DNA from: an uncultured Arcobacter sp.
GTDB lineage: Bacteria > Campylobacterota > Campylobacteria > Campylobacterales > Arcobacteraceae
NCBI GenBank assembly: GCA_965140705.1
Contig: OZ223301.1
Location: 256,001-320,000 of the forward strand
Length of the DNA: 64,000 nucleotides
Reading direction: 5' to 3'
In this document: piece by piece, positions 1 to 10,000 of the stretch
Numbering within the stretch: the stretch's first letter is position 1
Layout: each line of letters opens with the position of its first letter
Notes under the pieces: generated by a model
Told to the model about the DNA's origin: nothing
What the model saw: only the letters and a program-made list of their open reading frames with translations
The model's database searches: none
Position numbers and translations under genes: made by a program

Positions 1-246
1 CCTATTTACTACTTTTTTCACAAGCTCTTAAATTTTGATGTGACATCTACTATGTTAAGTTCTAGGGAGTATTTTGAAATATATACTAGTAAAAAAAATC
101 TATTTAGATTTAGAACTTTATTATTATATTTTATCTCAATGGTACCTTTTATAGCGCTTTTTTCTGCTGTGTTTTTTATAGTATATTTATCAAATGGATA
201 TTTTGTGGAGTTAAATAAAATAAGAAAACCTGGATTAGATATTTAG
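1..246 (+). CDS. 3' end of a membrane protein (EI24-domain-like), truncated at the window start
   Basis: Frame +1 is open from base 1 (PIYYFFHKLLNFDV...) to TAG at 244-246, with a hydrophobic C-terminal helix. The family guess is from resemblance only. Confidence 0.5.
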   Translation, partial: PIYYFFHKLLNFDVTSTMLSSREYFEIYTSKKNLFRFRTLLLYFISMVPFIALFSAVFFIVYLSNGYFVELNKIRKPGLDI

Positions 247-918
247 TCTATATCCAGTTCCTTGTATATTTTTAAGTATATTTTTTGGAAGTTTTTTTCG
301 TAAATTTTTGATAAATAGTCTTAGGGCATTTTGTGTCATAATAGACGTCTCTTCCCAAAGAATATTTTCAATCTCATGGTAAGTGATGATTCTTCCTTTT
401 ACTAAAAGCATTTTTAGAAATATATTCTCTTTTTTAGTAAGTATAAACTCTTCACTAGGTCCTTTTACAAGTGCTTTACTCTCATCATAAACCCATAAAG
501 GTATAAGATTAAAAATAGTACTATTTTCAAAACTATCGATAAAAGCTTTGAGTGCAAGGTTAAGTTTCTCTTCTGTGATTGGTTTTACTATATATTTTAC
601 TAAGTGAAGCTCTGTAGCATCTAAAAGATATTCTAAATCAGTATGTGCTGAAGTTATTATTACTCGCACTTTGGGATTAGTTTCTCTTATTTTTTTTACT
701 AGATCTAAGCCACTCATTTTTGGCATTTTAATATCTGTAATTATTAAATCAGGTTTTTTTTCTAAGTACAATTTATAAGCTTCTTCCCCATCTTTTGCTA
801 GATATATGTTTTTAAACATGCAATCAAGAATTTCAAAAATATTATTTTGAATACCAATTTCATCTTCTGCATAAAGTAAAGTAAAACTTCTTAGTTGGTT
901 TACTAGATTATAATCCAT
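235..918 (-). CDS. OmpR-family response regulator
   Basis: Receiver motifs (YAEDE, ITDIKMP, KYIVKP) and a C-terminal winged helix (IKNLRKKL...GTGY). Confidence 0.93.
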   Translation of the reverse strand: MDYNLVNQLRSFTLLYAEDEIGIQNNIFEILDCMFKNIYLAKDGEEAYKLYLEKKPDLIITDIKMPKMSGLDLVKKIRETNPKVRVIITSAHTDLEYLLDATELHLVKYIVKPITEEKLNLALKAFIDSFENSTIFNLIPLWVYDESKALVKGPSEEFILTKKENIFLKMLLVKGRIITYHEIENILWEETSIMTQNALRLFIKNLRKKLPKNILKNIQGTGYRLNI

Positions 919-975
919 AGGATACCTTGTAATAAAAGATATGTTAAAATATATAATTAAAAAAATGGAGTAAAT

Positions 976-2529
976 TTGCGTTTCGTAACCGAAAAAAATA
1001 TATCCAGAATAATCATATATATTTTTATAGTTATTATGACAACTATGATAACTCTTATATCATATTTTTACGTAAAAAACACTTACGCTGACTTTGATAT
1101 TGAGCTAAATAAGTTTGTAAATGATTATTATTCACACCAAAAAGCTCTTCTAAAAAAAGAGATAAATGTTGTAATTGATATTATAAATTACAATGCCACA
1201 AAAAGTGGTAGTACAGAAAAAGAATTAAAAGAAGAGACAATAAGACTTCTAAATAATATTTCCTTTGAAAGGGAAAGAAGTAATTATATCTTTGTATATG
1301 AAATTTTAGATTTTAAAGGTGGAGATAAGTTTGCAAAACTATTAGTCAATCCAAATAGATTGGATATAGTTGGAAAAGTTATTTCATCAAATTATAAAGA
1401 TGCGAATGGTAAAAAATTTAGACAAGATTTTCTAAATGATATAAAGGAAAAAGGAGAATCTTTTACCCAATATGTATATAAAAAGTTCTCTTCTGATCAA
1501 GTAAGACAAAAAATTACTTATTTTAAACTTTATCCAACTTGGAATTGGGTTATAGCTGTTGGTGTTTATACAGATGATATTGAAAAAGATATTGCTAAGA
1601 AAAAAGAAGATTTAAGAAGTAGAGTTAAAACTCAAATAATACAAACAGTATTTTTATTTATATTATTTTTATCTATTGGTATTGTTTTAACAATACTGTT
1701 AAGTGAAAGAATTGACGATTTCTTCAAAGAGTATAGGGAAAAAGTAAAAGCAAAATCTGATGCCTTAATTGAGTTAAATGAAACTTTGGAAAAGAGAGTT
1801 TCCGATGAGTTAGAAAAAAATAGAGAACATGAACAACTTCTTGTTCAAAAATCAAAATTTATTGCTTTAGGTGAAATGATATCAAATATTGCCCATCAAT
1901 GGAGGCAACCACTATCTGAACTCTCTTCAATATTTATGAATATAAAATTTAAACATGGTCTGAATAAATTGGATAAAGAAACAATGGATAAAAAATCTAA
2001 AGAAGCAGAAGTAGTATTAAACTATATGTCCCATACTATTGATGATTTTAGAAACTTCTTTATGCCAACAAAAGATAAAGAAGAGTTTTATTTAAAAGAT
2101 GCAATTAAATCAGTTATGACTATAGTCTCATCAGCTTTGAAATATAATAATATAAAAGTAGAAATTGAAGTAGGAGATGATCTGAAATTAAATACATTTC
2201 TCAATGAATATGAACAAGTACTATTAAATATAATCTCAAATGCAAAAGATGTTTTGATTCAAAATAAGATTGAAAATCCAATTATTAAAATTTATGCTGA
2301 AGAGCAGGGCAATTATATTCTTTTGTCTATAGAAGATAATGGAGAAGGTGTAAAAGTAAATCCAAAGAGTAAAATATTTGAACCATATTTCACAACTAAA
2401 AGTGATAGTGATGGAACAGGTATTGGTTTATATATGTCTAAGATAATTGTTGATAAAAATATGAAAGGTAAACTAAGAGTTCGTAATACAAAAGATGGTG
2501 CAAAATTTGTAATAACTGTGCCTAAATAA
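976..2529 (+). CDS. Cache-domain sensor histidine kinase (probably carboxylate sensing)
   Basis: Two TM segments flank a Cache domain (WNWVIAVGVY). H-box IAHQWRQPL, N-box NAKD, G-boxes DNGEG and GTGIGL. Adjacent to the TRAP genes. Confidence 0.9.
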   Translation: MRFVTEKNISRIIIYIFIVIMTTMITLISYFYVKNTYADFDIELNKFVNDYYSHQKALLKKEINVVIDIINYNATKSGSTEKELKEETIRLLNNISFERERSNYIFVYEILDFKGGDKFAKLLVNPNRLDIVGKVISSNYKDANGKKFRQDFLNDIKEKGESFTQYVYKKFSSDQVRQKITYFKLYPTWNWVIAVGVYTDDIEKDIAKKKEDLRSRVKTQIIQTVFLFILFLSIGIVLTILLSERIDDFFKEYREKVKAKSDALIELNETLEKRVSDELEKNREHEQLLVQKSKFIALGEMISNIAHQWRQPLSELSSIFMNIKFKHGLNKLDKETMDKKSKEAEVVLNYMSHTIDDFRNFFMPTKDKEEFYLKDAIKSVMTIVSSALKYNNIKVEIEVGDDLKLNTFLNEYEQVLLNIISNAKDVLIQNKIENPIIKIYAEEQGNYILLSIEDNGEGVKVNPKSKIFEPYFTTKSDSDGTGIGLYMSKIIVDKNMKGKLRVRNTKDGAKFVITVPK

Positions 2530-2549
2530 TTAATAAATTATTGGCATAA

Positions 2550-2582
2550 AAAAAGGGGATAGAGTTTTTCTATCCCCTTTTT
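2550..2582. terminator. Bidirectional intrinsic terminator between the kinase and dctM
   Basis: AAAAAGGGGATAGA-GTTTT-TCTATCCCCTTTTT hairpin between convergent genes. Confidence 0.85.
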
Positions 2583-2603
2583 ATTTTAAATATAATCTAT
2601 TTA

Positions 2604-3887
2604 TCAACCACCATACATCAAGTTAGGTAAGAATAGAGCGATTTCTGGTATATAAGTAACCATAATCAATCCCGCAAGGATAGTTAATGTCCAAGGTAAA
2701 GTTGCAACGATAACATCTTTTATAGACATTCCCGTAAGCCCTGAGGTAACAAATAAGTTTAGACCAACAGGAGGGGACACCATCCCAAGTTCCATATTGA
2801 TAGTGATTACTATACCAAAGTGAATTGGGTCAATTCCAAGTGCAACAGCAACTGGAAGTAATAAAGGCACCATAATCATAATAATTGCACTAGGTTCCAT
2901 AAATGACCCAGCAATAATTAAAAGAATATTTACCATAAGTAAGAACATATATTTATCAACATTTGCTTGAACTAGAGCATGAGTAATCATTTGTGGAATG
3001 TTTTCTATTGTTAAGAAGTGAGCAAATAACATTGCATTTGCGATGATAAACATAATCATTGCAGTTGTCTTTGCTGATTCTAAGGCAGTCGCATAAAATT
3101 CTGTTAATTTAATATCTTTATAAATAAATACAGATATGAAAAATGCCCAAACAGCAGCAACTGCAGCAGCTTCAGTTGGTGTAAATATACCACCATAAAT
3201 ACCACCAATAACAAGAACAATTGTCATAAGACCCCATGAAGCATCTTTCATTTTAGCAAGTCTTACTTTGAAAGGCTGAGGTTCAGTTTTTTCAAATCCT
3301 AATCTTCTAGCTCCAATATAAGTAACAACCATAAGCATGATTCCTAATAATATACCAGGAACAACACCAGCCATGAATAATCTACCGATTGAAACTTCTG
3401 CAGTTACACCATAAACGATTAGTACAATAGAAGGTGGAATTAATATTCCTAATGAACCAGCAGTTGCAATAGTACCAACAGCATATTTTTTAGGGTAACC
3501 AGCTTGCATAATGGCACCAAACATAATAGAACCAATAGCAACAACAGTTGCAGGAGAAGAACCAGAAACAGCTGCAAAAATAATAGATGCAAAAATTGCT
3601 GAAATTGGTAATCCACCTGGTAAGTGTCCTACAAGTGATTTAGCAAATTCAATAATCCTTTGTGCGGCACTTCCTTTACTAAGTAAGTTACCAGCTAGAA
3701 TAAACATTGGAATTGCCATAAGTGAATAATGGTCAACTTTCTCAAAAATCATTGAAGATACTTCAATAGGTGATATAGGAGTAAATAACATCATTGTAGT
3801 AAATGTTGCAGCTCCTAAACAAATAGCAATAGGTGCTCCAATAAGTACTAAGAAGAAAAATATTCCAAATAATACAGCTATACTCAT
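2604..3887 (-). CDS. dctM: TRAP transporter large permease
   Basis: 427-aa polytopic protein with SGSSPAT, LIPPS, FTPTEAAA and PPVGLNLF motifs. Confidence 0.95.
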   Translation of the reverse strand: MSIAVLFGIFFFLVLIGAPIAICLGAATFTTMMLFTPISPIEVSSMIFEKVDHYSLMAIPMFILAGNLLSKGSAAQRIIEFAKSLVGHLPGGLPISAIFASIIFAAVSGSSPATVVAIGSIMFGAIMQAGYPKKYAVGTIATAGSLGILIPPSIVLIVYGVTAEVSIGRLFMAGVVPGILLGIMLMVVTYIGARRLGFEKTEPQPFKVRLAKMKDASWGLMTIVLVIGGIYGGIFTPTEAAAVAAVWAFFISVFIYKDIKLTEFYATALESAKTTAMIMFIIANAMLFAHFLTIENIPQMITHALVQANVDKYMFLLMVNILLIIAGSFMEPSAIIMIMVPLLLPVAVALGIDPIHFGIVITINMELGMVSPPVGLNLFVTSGLTGMSIKDVIVATLPWTLTILAGLIMVTYIPEIALFLPNLMYGG

Positions 3888-4510
3888 AGCATTCCTCCTG
3901 TTTTCTTTTCAACTTCTTTAACCATCTCATTTAGATGTTTTACATTTTCATTATCTTTATGCTCTTTTGCACCCATTCCCATACCTGCTAAAACTTGTTC
4001 AGCTTCACTCTCTTTTAGAATTTTATCGTGATTTGTTGATAAAATTGCATGGATTCTCTCTGCAACTCTAAAAGCTCCAAAAAGAAATGAAATAGGAATA
4101 ACTAAATAAACTATCCACATAGGCATATTCCATAAATCAATTGATCTTTCATCTAAAGGATAAACTACTTGAGTTATATATTGAAGACCATAATATGAAA
4201 CAGCAAGTAAGAAAACTAATGTTACTGTATGAGAAATGATTAACATACCTTTTGCAATTCGTGATGGCATACTATCTAAAAGAATAGTAACTGCAATATG
4301 TGCATCTTTTTTGAAACAATAAGCTGCTCCGAAAAAAGCACTCCATAATAATAAATCAACGCTTAACTCTGTTGCCCAAGTTAAAGAAGCATCAAAAATA
4401 TATCTCGCTATAACGTTAACAAATGCAATAGAAACTCCAATAACCATACCAAACGCAGCTATTTTTTGGTTAATGTGACCTATTGCTTTACTTAGAAGTC
4501 TTATTATCAT
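3884..4510 (-). CDS. dctQ: TRAP transporter small permease
   Basis: Four TM segments, W-x-x-E motif, located between dctP and dctM. Confidence 0.92.
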   Translation of the reverse strand: MIIRLLSKAIGHINQKIAAFGMVIGVSIAFVNVIARYIFDASLTWATELSVDLLLWSAFFGAAYCFKKDAHIAVTILLDSMPSRIAKGMLIISHTVTLVFLLAVSYYGLQYITQVVYPLDERSIDLWNMPMWIVYLVIPISFLFGAFRVAERIHAILSTNHDKILKESEAEQVLAGMGMGAKEHKDNENVKHLNEMVKEVEKKTGGML

Positions 4511-4522
4511 AATATCTCCATT

Positions 4523-5578
4523 TTATTTTGTATTAAGAGCATCATTAATTAAATCTTTTCCTATTAAATCTTTATCATAAAATTCAGGATAGATTTTACT
4601 AACAGCTTCTTTCCAAGCAGCTCTTTGTTCAGGAGTTAACTCAAATATTTCAAGTTTTCCAGTTGTCTTTGCATACTCTTTAATTTTTTCAAATTGAGAA
4701 TCATTTAACTCTTGAGCATACTCTCTTTCTTTAACAGTAGCTTCATTCATGGCTTGAACAACATCTTTTTGTAAATCTTCAGGTAATGAGTTCCAGAATT
4801 TTTTAGACATTACAACTAAATAACCAAGGTAACCATGGTTTGAAACAGTTAAATATTTTTGTACTTCATGGAATTTTTTAGTCCAAATATTTGAAAATGG
4901 ATTTTCAGCACCATCAATAACACCTTGTTGTAAACCAGAATAAACTTCAGAGAAAGGCATCATTTGTGGATTTGCACCAACAGCTTTAAATTGTGCTTCT
5001 AAAACTTTTGAAGACATGATTCTAAATTTTTGACCTTCTGCATCTTTTGGCATAATTATTGGTTTTTTAGATGAAGATAATTGTTTAAAACCATTATCCC
5101 AAAAATTTAATGCTATATATCCTTTGTCATCAATCATTTGTTTTAATTTTTTACCAACAATACCGTCTTGAACTCTATGTAATTGATCAATATCTTTAAA
5201 TAAAAACGGTAAATCAAATAGTGCTAATTGAGGAACAATTTTACCAAATTTAGAAAAAGATGGTGCCGCCATTTGAACTGAATTTAAAGTTAAAGCTTTT
5301 AAAACAGCATTGTCTTTATACAATTGAGAAGATGGATAAACTTGAACATCAATTCTACCATTTGATAGTTCTTCTAACCTTTTTTCAAAATAGTCCGCTG
5401 CTTTCCCCTTTGGTGTATTTTCACTTACAACATGTGAAAATTTTAATGTATATTCAGGTCCAGTATTTTCAGTTTTTGAAGCAACTTTTTGATTTTCTTC
5501 TTTTGTATCTCCACAACCAGTAAATAATAGTGAACCAAGAGTTGCACTAATTATTAAACTTTTTATAGTGATTTTCAT
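4523..5578 (-). CDS. dctP: TRAP substrate-binding protein, lipoprotein form
   Basis: KFSHVV, KFRIM, FSEVYSGLQQGVIDGAENP motifs; lipobox LLFTG-C. Confidence 0.93.
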   Translation of the reverse strand: MKITIKSLIISATLGSLLFTGCGDTKEENQKVASKTENTGPEYTLKFSHVVSENTPKGKAADYFEKRLEELSNGRIDVQVYPSSQLYKDNAVLKALTLNSVQMAAPSFSKFGKIVPQLALFDLPFLFKDIDQLHRVQDGIVGKKLKQMIDDKGYIALNFWDNGFKQLSSSKKPIIMPKDAEGQKFRIMSSKVLEAQFKAVGANPQMMPFSEVYSGLQQGVIDGAENPFSNIWTKKFHEVQKYLTVSNHGYLGYLVVMSKKFWNSLPEDLQKDVVQAMNEATVKEREYAQELNDSQFEKIKEYAKTTGKLEIFELTPEQRAAWKEAVSKIYPEFYDKDLIGKDLINDALNTK

Positions 5579-5605
5579 ATATTTCTCCTTTTGTAATTAT
5601 AATTA

Positions 5606-5646
5606 ATTATAATAAAATATTATGTATATCTTATGTCTTTTTATGT
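5606..5646 (-). promoter_or_regulatory. dctP promoter: three ACATAA direct repeats plus -10 TATAAT
   Basis: TTATGT on + at 5620, 5631 and 5641, with ATTATA at 5606-5611; same geometry as 6795-6835. Confidence 0.7.
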
Positions 5647-5691
5647 ATAAATTTATAAATTTTTTGGATATTTTTTTGATTTTTTGAAGTG

Positions 5692-5722
5692 TTTATATCA
5701 TCGGTAATACCGATGATATAAA
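5692..5722 (-). terminator. Hairpin after the upstream dctP (terminator or mRNA stabiliser)
   Basis: TTTATATCATCGGT-AAT-ACCGATGATATAAA, 14-bp perfect stem. Confidence 0.7.
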
Positions 5723-5740
5723 AGTTTTTGAAGGTAGAAA

Positions 5741-6763
5741 TTATTTAGTGTTAAGAGCACCTTCAATTAAATCTTTTCCTATTAAATTTTTGTCATAAAA
5801 TTTAGGATAGATTTTACTAACAGCTTTTTTCCAAGCAGCTCTTTGTTCAGGAGTTAATTCATATATTTTTAGTTTTCCAGTTGTTTTTGCATATTCTTTA
5901 ATTTTTTCAAATTGAGAATCATTTAACTCTTGCGCATACTCTCTTTCTTTTTGTGTAGCTTCATTCATAGCTTGAACAACATCTTTTTGTAAATCTTTAG
6001 GTAATGAGTTCCAGAATTTTTTAGACATTACAACTAAATAACCAAGGTAACCATGGTTTGAAACAGTTAAATATTTTTGTACTTCATGGAATTTTTTAGT
6101 CCAAATATTTGAAAATGGATTTTCAGCACCATCAATAACACCTTGTTGTAAACCAGAATAAACTTCAGAGAAAGGCATCATTTGTGGATTTGCACCAACA
6201 GCTTTAAATTGTGCTTCTAAAACTTTTGAAGACATGATTCTAAATTTTTGACCTTCTGCATCTTTTGGCATTATAAGTGGTTTTTCAGATGAAGATAATT
6301 GTTTAAATCCATTATCCCAAAAATTTAATGCAACAAAACCTTTTGCAGTTACTAAGCTTTTTAATTTTTCACCAACTGGTCCATCTTGAACTCTATGTAA
6401 TTGGTCAATATCTTTAAATAAAAATGGTAAATCAAATAGTGCTAATTGAGGAACAATTTTACCAAATTTAGAAAAAGATGGTGCTGCCATTTGAACAGAG
6501 TCTAATCTTAATGCTTTAAGTACCGCACTATCATTATACAATTGAGAAGATGGATAAACTTGAACATCAATTTTACCACCAGAAAGCTCTTCTAATCTTT
6601 TTGCAAAATAGTCTGCTGCTTTCCCTTTTGGTGTATTTTCACTTACAACATGTGAAAATTTCAGAGTATATTCTGCTGCAATACCTGAAGTTGCTAATAA
6701 AGTACTAGCTACTACACCCATTACAAATTTTTTACCTGTAAACAGGATTCCATTGGTTTTCAT
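5741..6763 (-). CDS. dctP: TRAP substrate-binding protein, soluble periplasmic form
   Basis: Near-identical core to 4523-5578; Sec signal peptide ending in SGIA-AEY. Confidence 0.93.
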   Translation of the reverse strand: MKTNGILFTGKKFVMGVVASTLLATSGIAAEYTLKFSHVVSENTPKGKAADYFAKRLEELSGGKIDVQVYPSSQLYNDSAVLKALRLDSVQMAAPSFSKFGKIVPQLALFDLPFLFKDIDQLHRVQDGPVGEKLKSLVTAKGFVALNFWDNGFKQLSSSEKPLIMPKDAEGQKFRIMSSKVLEAQFKAVGANPQMMPFSEVYSGLQQGVIDGAENPFSNIWTKKFHEVQKYLTVSNHGYLGYLVVMSKKFWNSLPKDLQKDVVQAMNEATQKEREYAQELNDSQFEKIKEYAKTTGKLKIYELTPEQRAAWKKAVSKIYPKFYDKNLIGKDLIEGALNTK

Positions 6764-6794
6764 GATTTAATCTCCTTAATTATGTGTTAGAAAA

Positions 6795-6835
6795 AGTATA
6801 ATTAAATATTATGTCAAAGTTATGTATTTTTATGT
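6795..6835 (-). promoter_or_regulatory. dctP promoter: three ACATAA direct repeats plus -10 TATACT
   Basis: TTATGT on + at 6809, 6820 and 6830, with AGTATA at 6795-6800. Confidence 0.7.
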
Positions 6836-7029
6836 ACAAATTAAACAAATTTTAAGCTTGCGTAGCATTAAAATAGCATTTTGTTTTTTTGATAATTTTA
6901 AATATCTAGTTTGTACTACCTTAAGTAGTGCTAAAAACAAGATAAAATATTAACCCTTTTTTAAATAAAGACAAGGTATACTCCCTCTCTTTTATGGAAT
7001 ATAAATAAAAAATTTTAAAAGGACAGTTA

Positions 7030-10000
7030 ATGGGTTGTAATTTAGATTTACTTACATCTTTTAAAGATAACTGTGGTTTTGGTTTAATAGCAGATTTAAA
7101 AAAAAGACCAAGTCATAGTAACTTAGAAGATGCTATTCATTCACTAGAGCGAATGATGCACAGAGGTGCAGTGGCAGCTGATGGTAAAACTGGAGATGGT
7201 TCTGGTTTATTATTATCTATGCCTGATAAATTTATGAGAAAAATTGCTTTTCACGAAGGAATAGATTTACCTGAAACATATGCTGTAGCTATGATATTTA
7301 CAAGTGAAGATTCAGAATTAGAAACATTTATAGAATTTTGTGAAAAAAATGATTTAAAAGTATTATTGACTAGAAAAGTGCCTGTTGATACTGAAGCTCT
7401 TGGAAAACAAGCATTAGAGAGTTTACCAAATATTGTACAAGTATTTGTTAGACCAAATAGTTTAATGTCATCAAAAAGATTTGAGGCAATGTTATATCTT
7501 ACTAGAAAAGAGTGTGAGCATAAACTAAAAGATAATAAAGATTTTTATATTCCAACATTCTCATCAAAAGTAATTGCTTACAAAGGGCTTATTATGCCTA
7601 CACATATTAAGCATTTTTATATTGATTTAAGGGATGAAGATTTTCAAATTTCATTTGCTTTATTTCATCAAAGATTTTCTACAAATACTCTTCCAAAATG
7701 GAAGTTAGCTCAACCATTTAGAGCAATTGCTCATAATGGAGAAATCAATTCTGTAGAAGCCAATAGATTTAATGTTGAAGTTAAATCAGAATTAGTAAAA
7801 TCAGAAATATTTAGTGATGAAGAGATAAAAAGAATTTTACCAATTTTACAAACAGGTTCATCTGACTCTGCATCTTTAGATAATATGTTTGAATTTTTGA
7901 TTGCTAATGGGGTAGATTTTTTCAAAGCAGCAAGAAGTTTAGTACCTGCTCCTTGGCAAAATGCACCACAAATGGATTCTGATTTGAGAGCATTTTATGA
8001 ATATAGATCTACTTCAATGGAAGCTTGGGATGGTCCAGCTGCAATATCTTTAACTGATGGTAGACATATTGGTTGTTTAATCGATAGAAATGGATTAAGA
8101 CCAGCTAAATATGTAATTACAAAAAATCATAAAATTTATATTACATCAGAATATGGTACCTTAGAAATTGATGAAAACAATATCATAGAAAGAGGTAGAT
8201 TACAATCAGGTCAAATGATTGGATTAGACCTTAACCATGGAAAAGTTTTAAAAGAAGATGATATTAATAATTATTTGAAATCTTCACAAAACTATGTTCA
8301 GTGGTTAACAAAAGATATGGAGTATTTACAAGAGTATATTGATGAATCTTTTTTAGATATTAGCGATTATAAAGTTAAAGATATTGAAACTAAACAAAAA
8401 TATTTTAATATTACATATGAAGTATTAGATCAAGTTCTTGAGCCTATGGCAAAAGAGGGTAAAGAACCAGTTGGATCTATGGGTGATGATACACCTATGG
8501 CATGTTTTTCGAAAGTAAATAGAAATTTTACTGATTATTTTAGACAAAAATTTGCACAAGTTACAAATCCTCCAATTGATCCATATAGAGAAAAAGTTGT
8601 AATGTCTTTAGAAACAGGATTTGGACCTATATATAATATTTTAGATGAAAAACCTGAATATGCAAAAAGACTAAAAGTTGTAAGTCCTATTTTGATGAAA
8701 GAGAAATATGATGTTTTAAGATCTTTTGGAGATAGTACAAATCCAAGATATAATTCACAATATAAAAATAAAATTTTCTCAACTACTTTTAAAACTGATT
8801 TAAAAGCTTCATTAGAACTTTTATCTCAAAAAGTAATAAAAGCAGTTAAAGAAGACAATATAACAGTAATAATTTTAGATGATAGAAAAGGTTCTAAAGA
8901 TAATAAAATTATGCCTGCAGCTATGGTTGTTGGGTATTTAAATAAAAGACTTTTAGAAGTTGGTATTAGACATCAAGTATCATTAGTAGCAGTAACTGGT
9001 GAAGTTTATGATGCACATATGGCAGCTGTTCTTTTAGCTTATGGAGTTACAGCTATTTATCCATACATGATGTATGGTTCAGTTGTTTCTTTATTTAGTA
9101 GAAATGAGATTTCTAAATATGAAATGCAAGCATTACTTAAAAATACTCTAAAATCAATAAATGCAGGGTTACTAAAAATCATGTCTAAAATGGGTATTTG
9201 TACAGTAGCTTCATACAGAAATTCAACACTATTTGATGTAATTGGATTAAGTGATGAGATTATTAACGATTGTTTCCATGGAAGTCATTCTGATTTAGCA
9301 GGACTTGGTTATGCTGATATTGAAGAGAGAATCGAAAAAATCCATTTTAATGCATACTGTGATGATACTTATATGTTCCCATTAAACTTAGGTGGATTTT
9401 ATAGATATATTAATGGTGGTGAATACCATGATTATGGACCAGCTACTACAAATGCTATGCATAATAAAAATGCAAAAGAAAAAGAAGATATTACTGATTT
9501 TGATACCTTAAGAGAGCTTGTAAATAATAGAGATAAAAAATTTATTAGAGATTTCTTTGAATTTAATTCAGATAGAAAAGCAATTGATATTAGTGAAGTT
9601 GAATCTTTAGAAGATATCTTCAAAAGATTTGCAACAGCTGCTATGTCTTTAGGTTCTATTTCTCCTGAAGCTCATGAAGCAATGGCTACAGCTATGAATA
9701 CAATAGGTGGTATGAGTAATTCAGGTGAAGGTGGAGAAGACCAAAAAAGATTTGGAACAATAAAAAACTCTAAAATCAAACAAGTAGCCTCTGGTAGATT
9801 TGGGGTTACTCCTGGATATTTAAGAAGTGCAGAAGAGATTCAAATCAAAGTTGCACAAGGAGCAAAACCAGGTGAGGGTGGACAATTACCAGGTCACAAA
9901 GTTACTCCATTGATTGCAAGTTTAAGACATACGGTTGAGGGTGTTACACTTATCTCTCCACCACCACACCATGATATTTATTCTATTGAAGATTTAGCTC

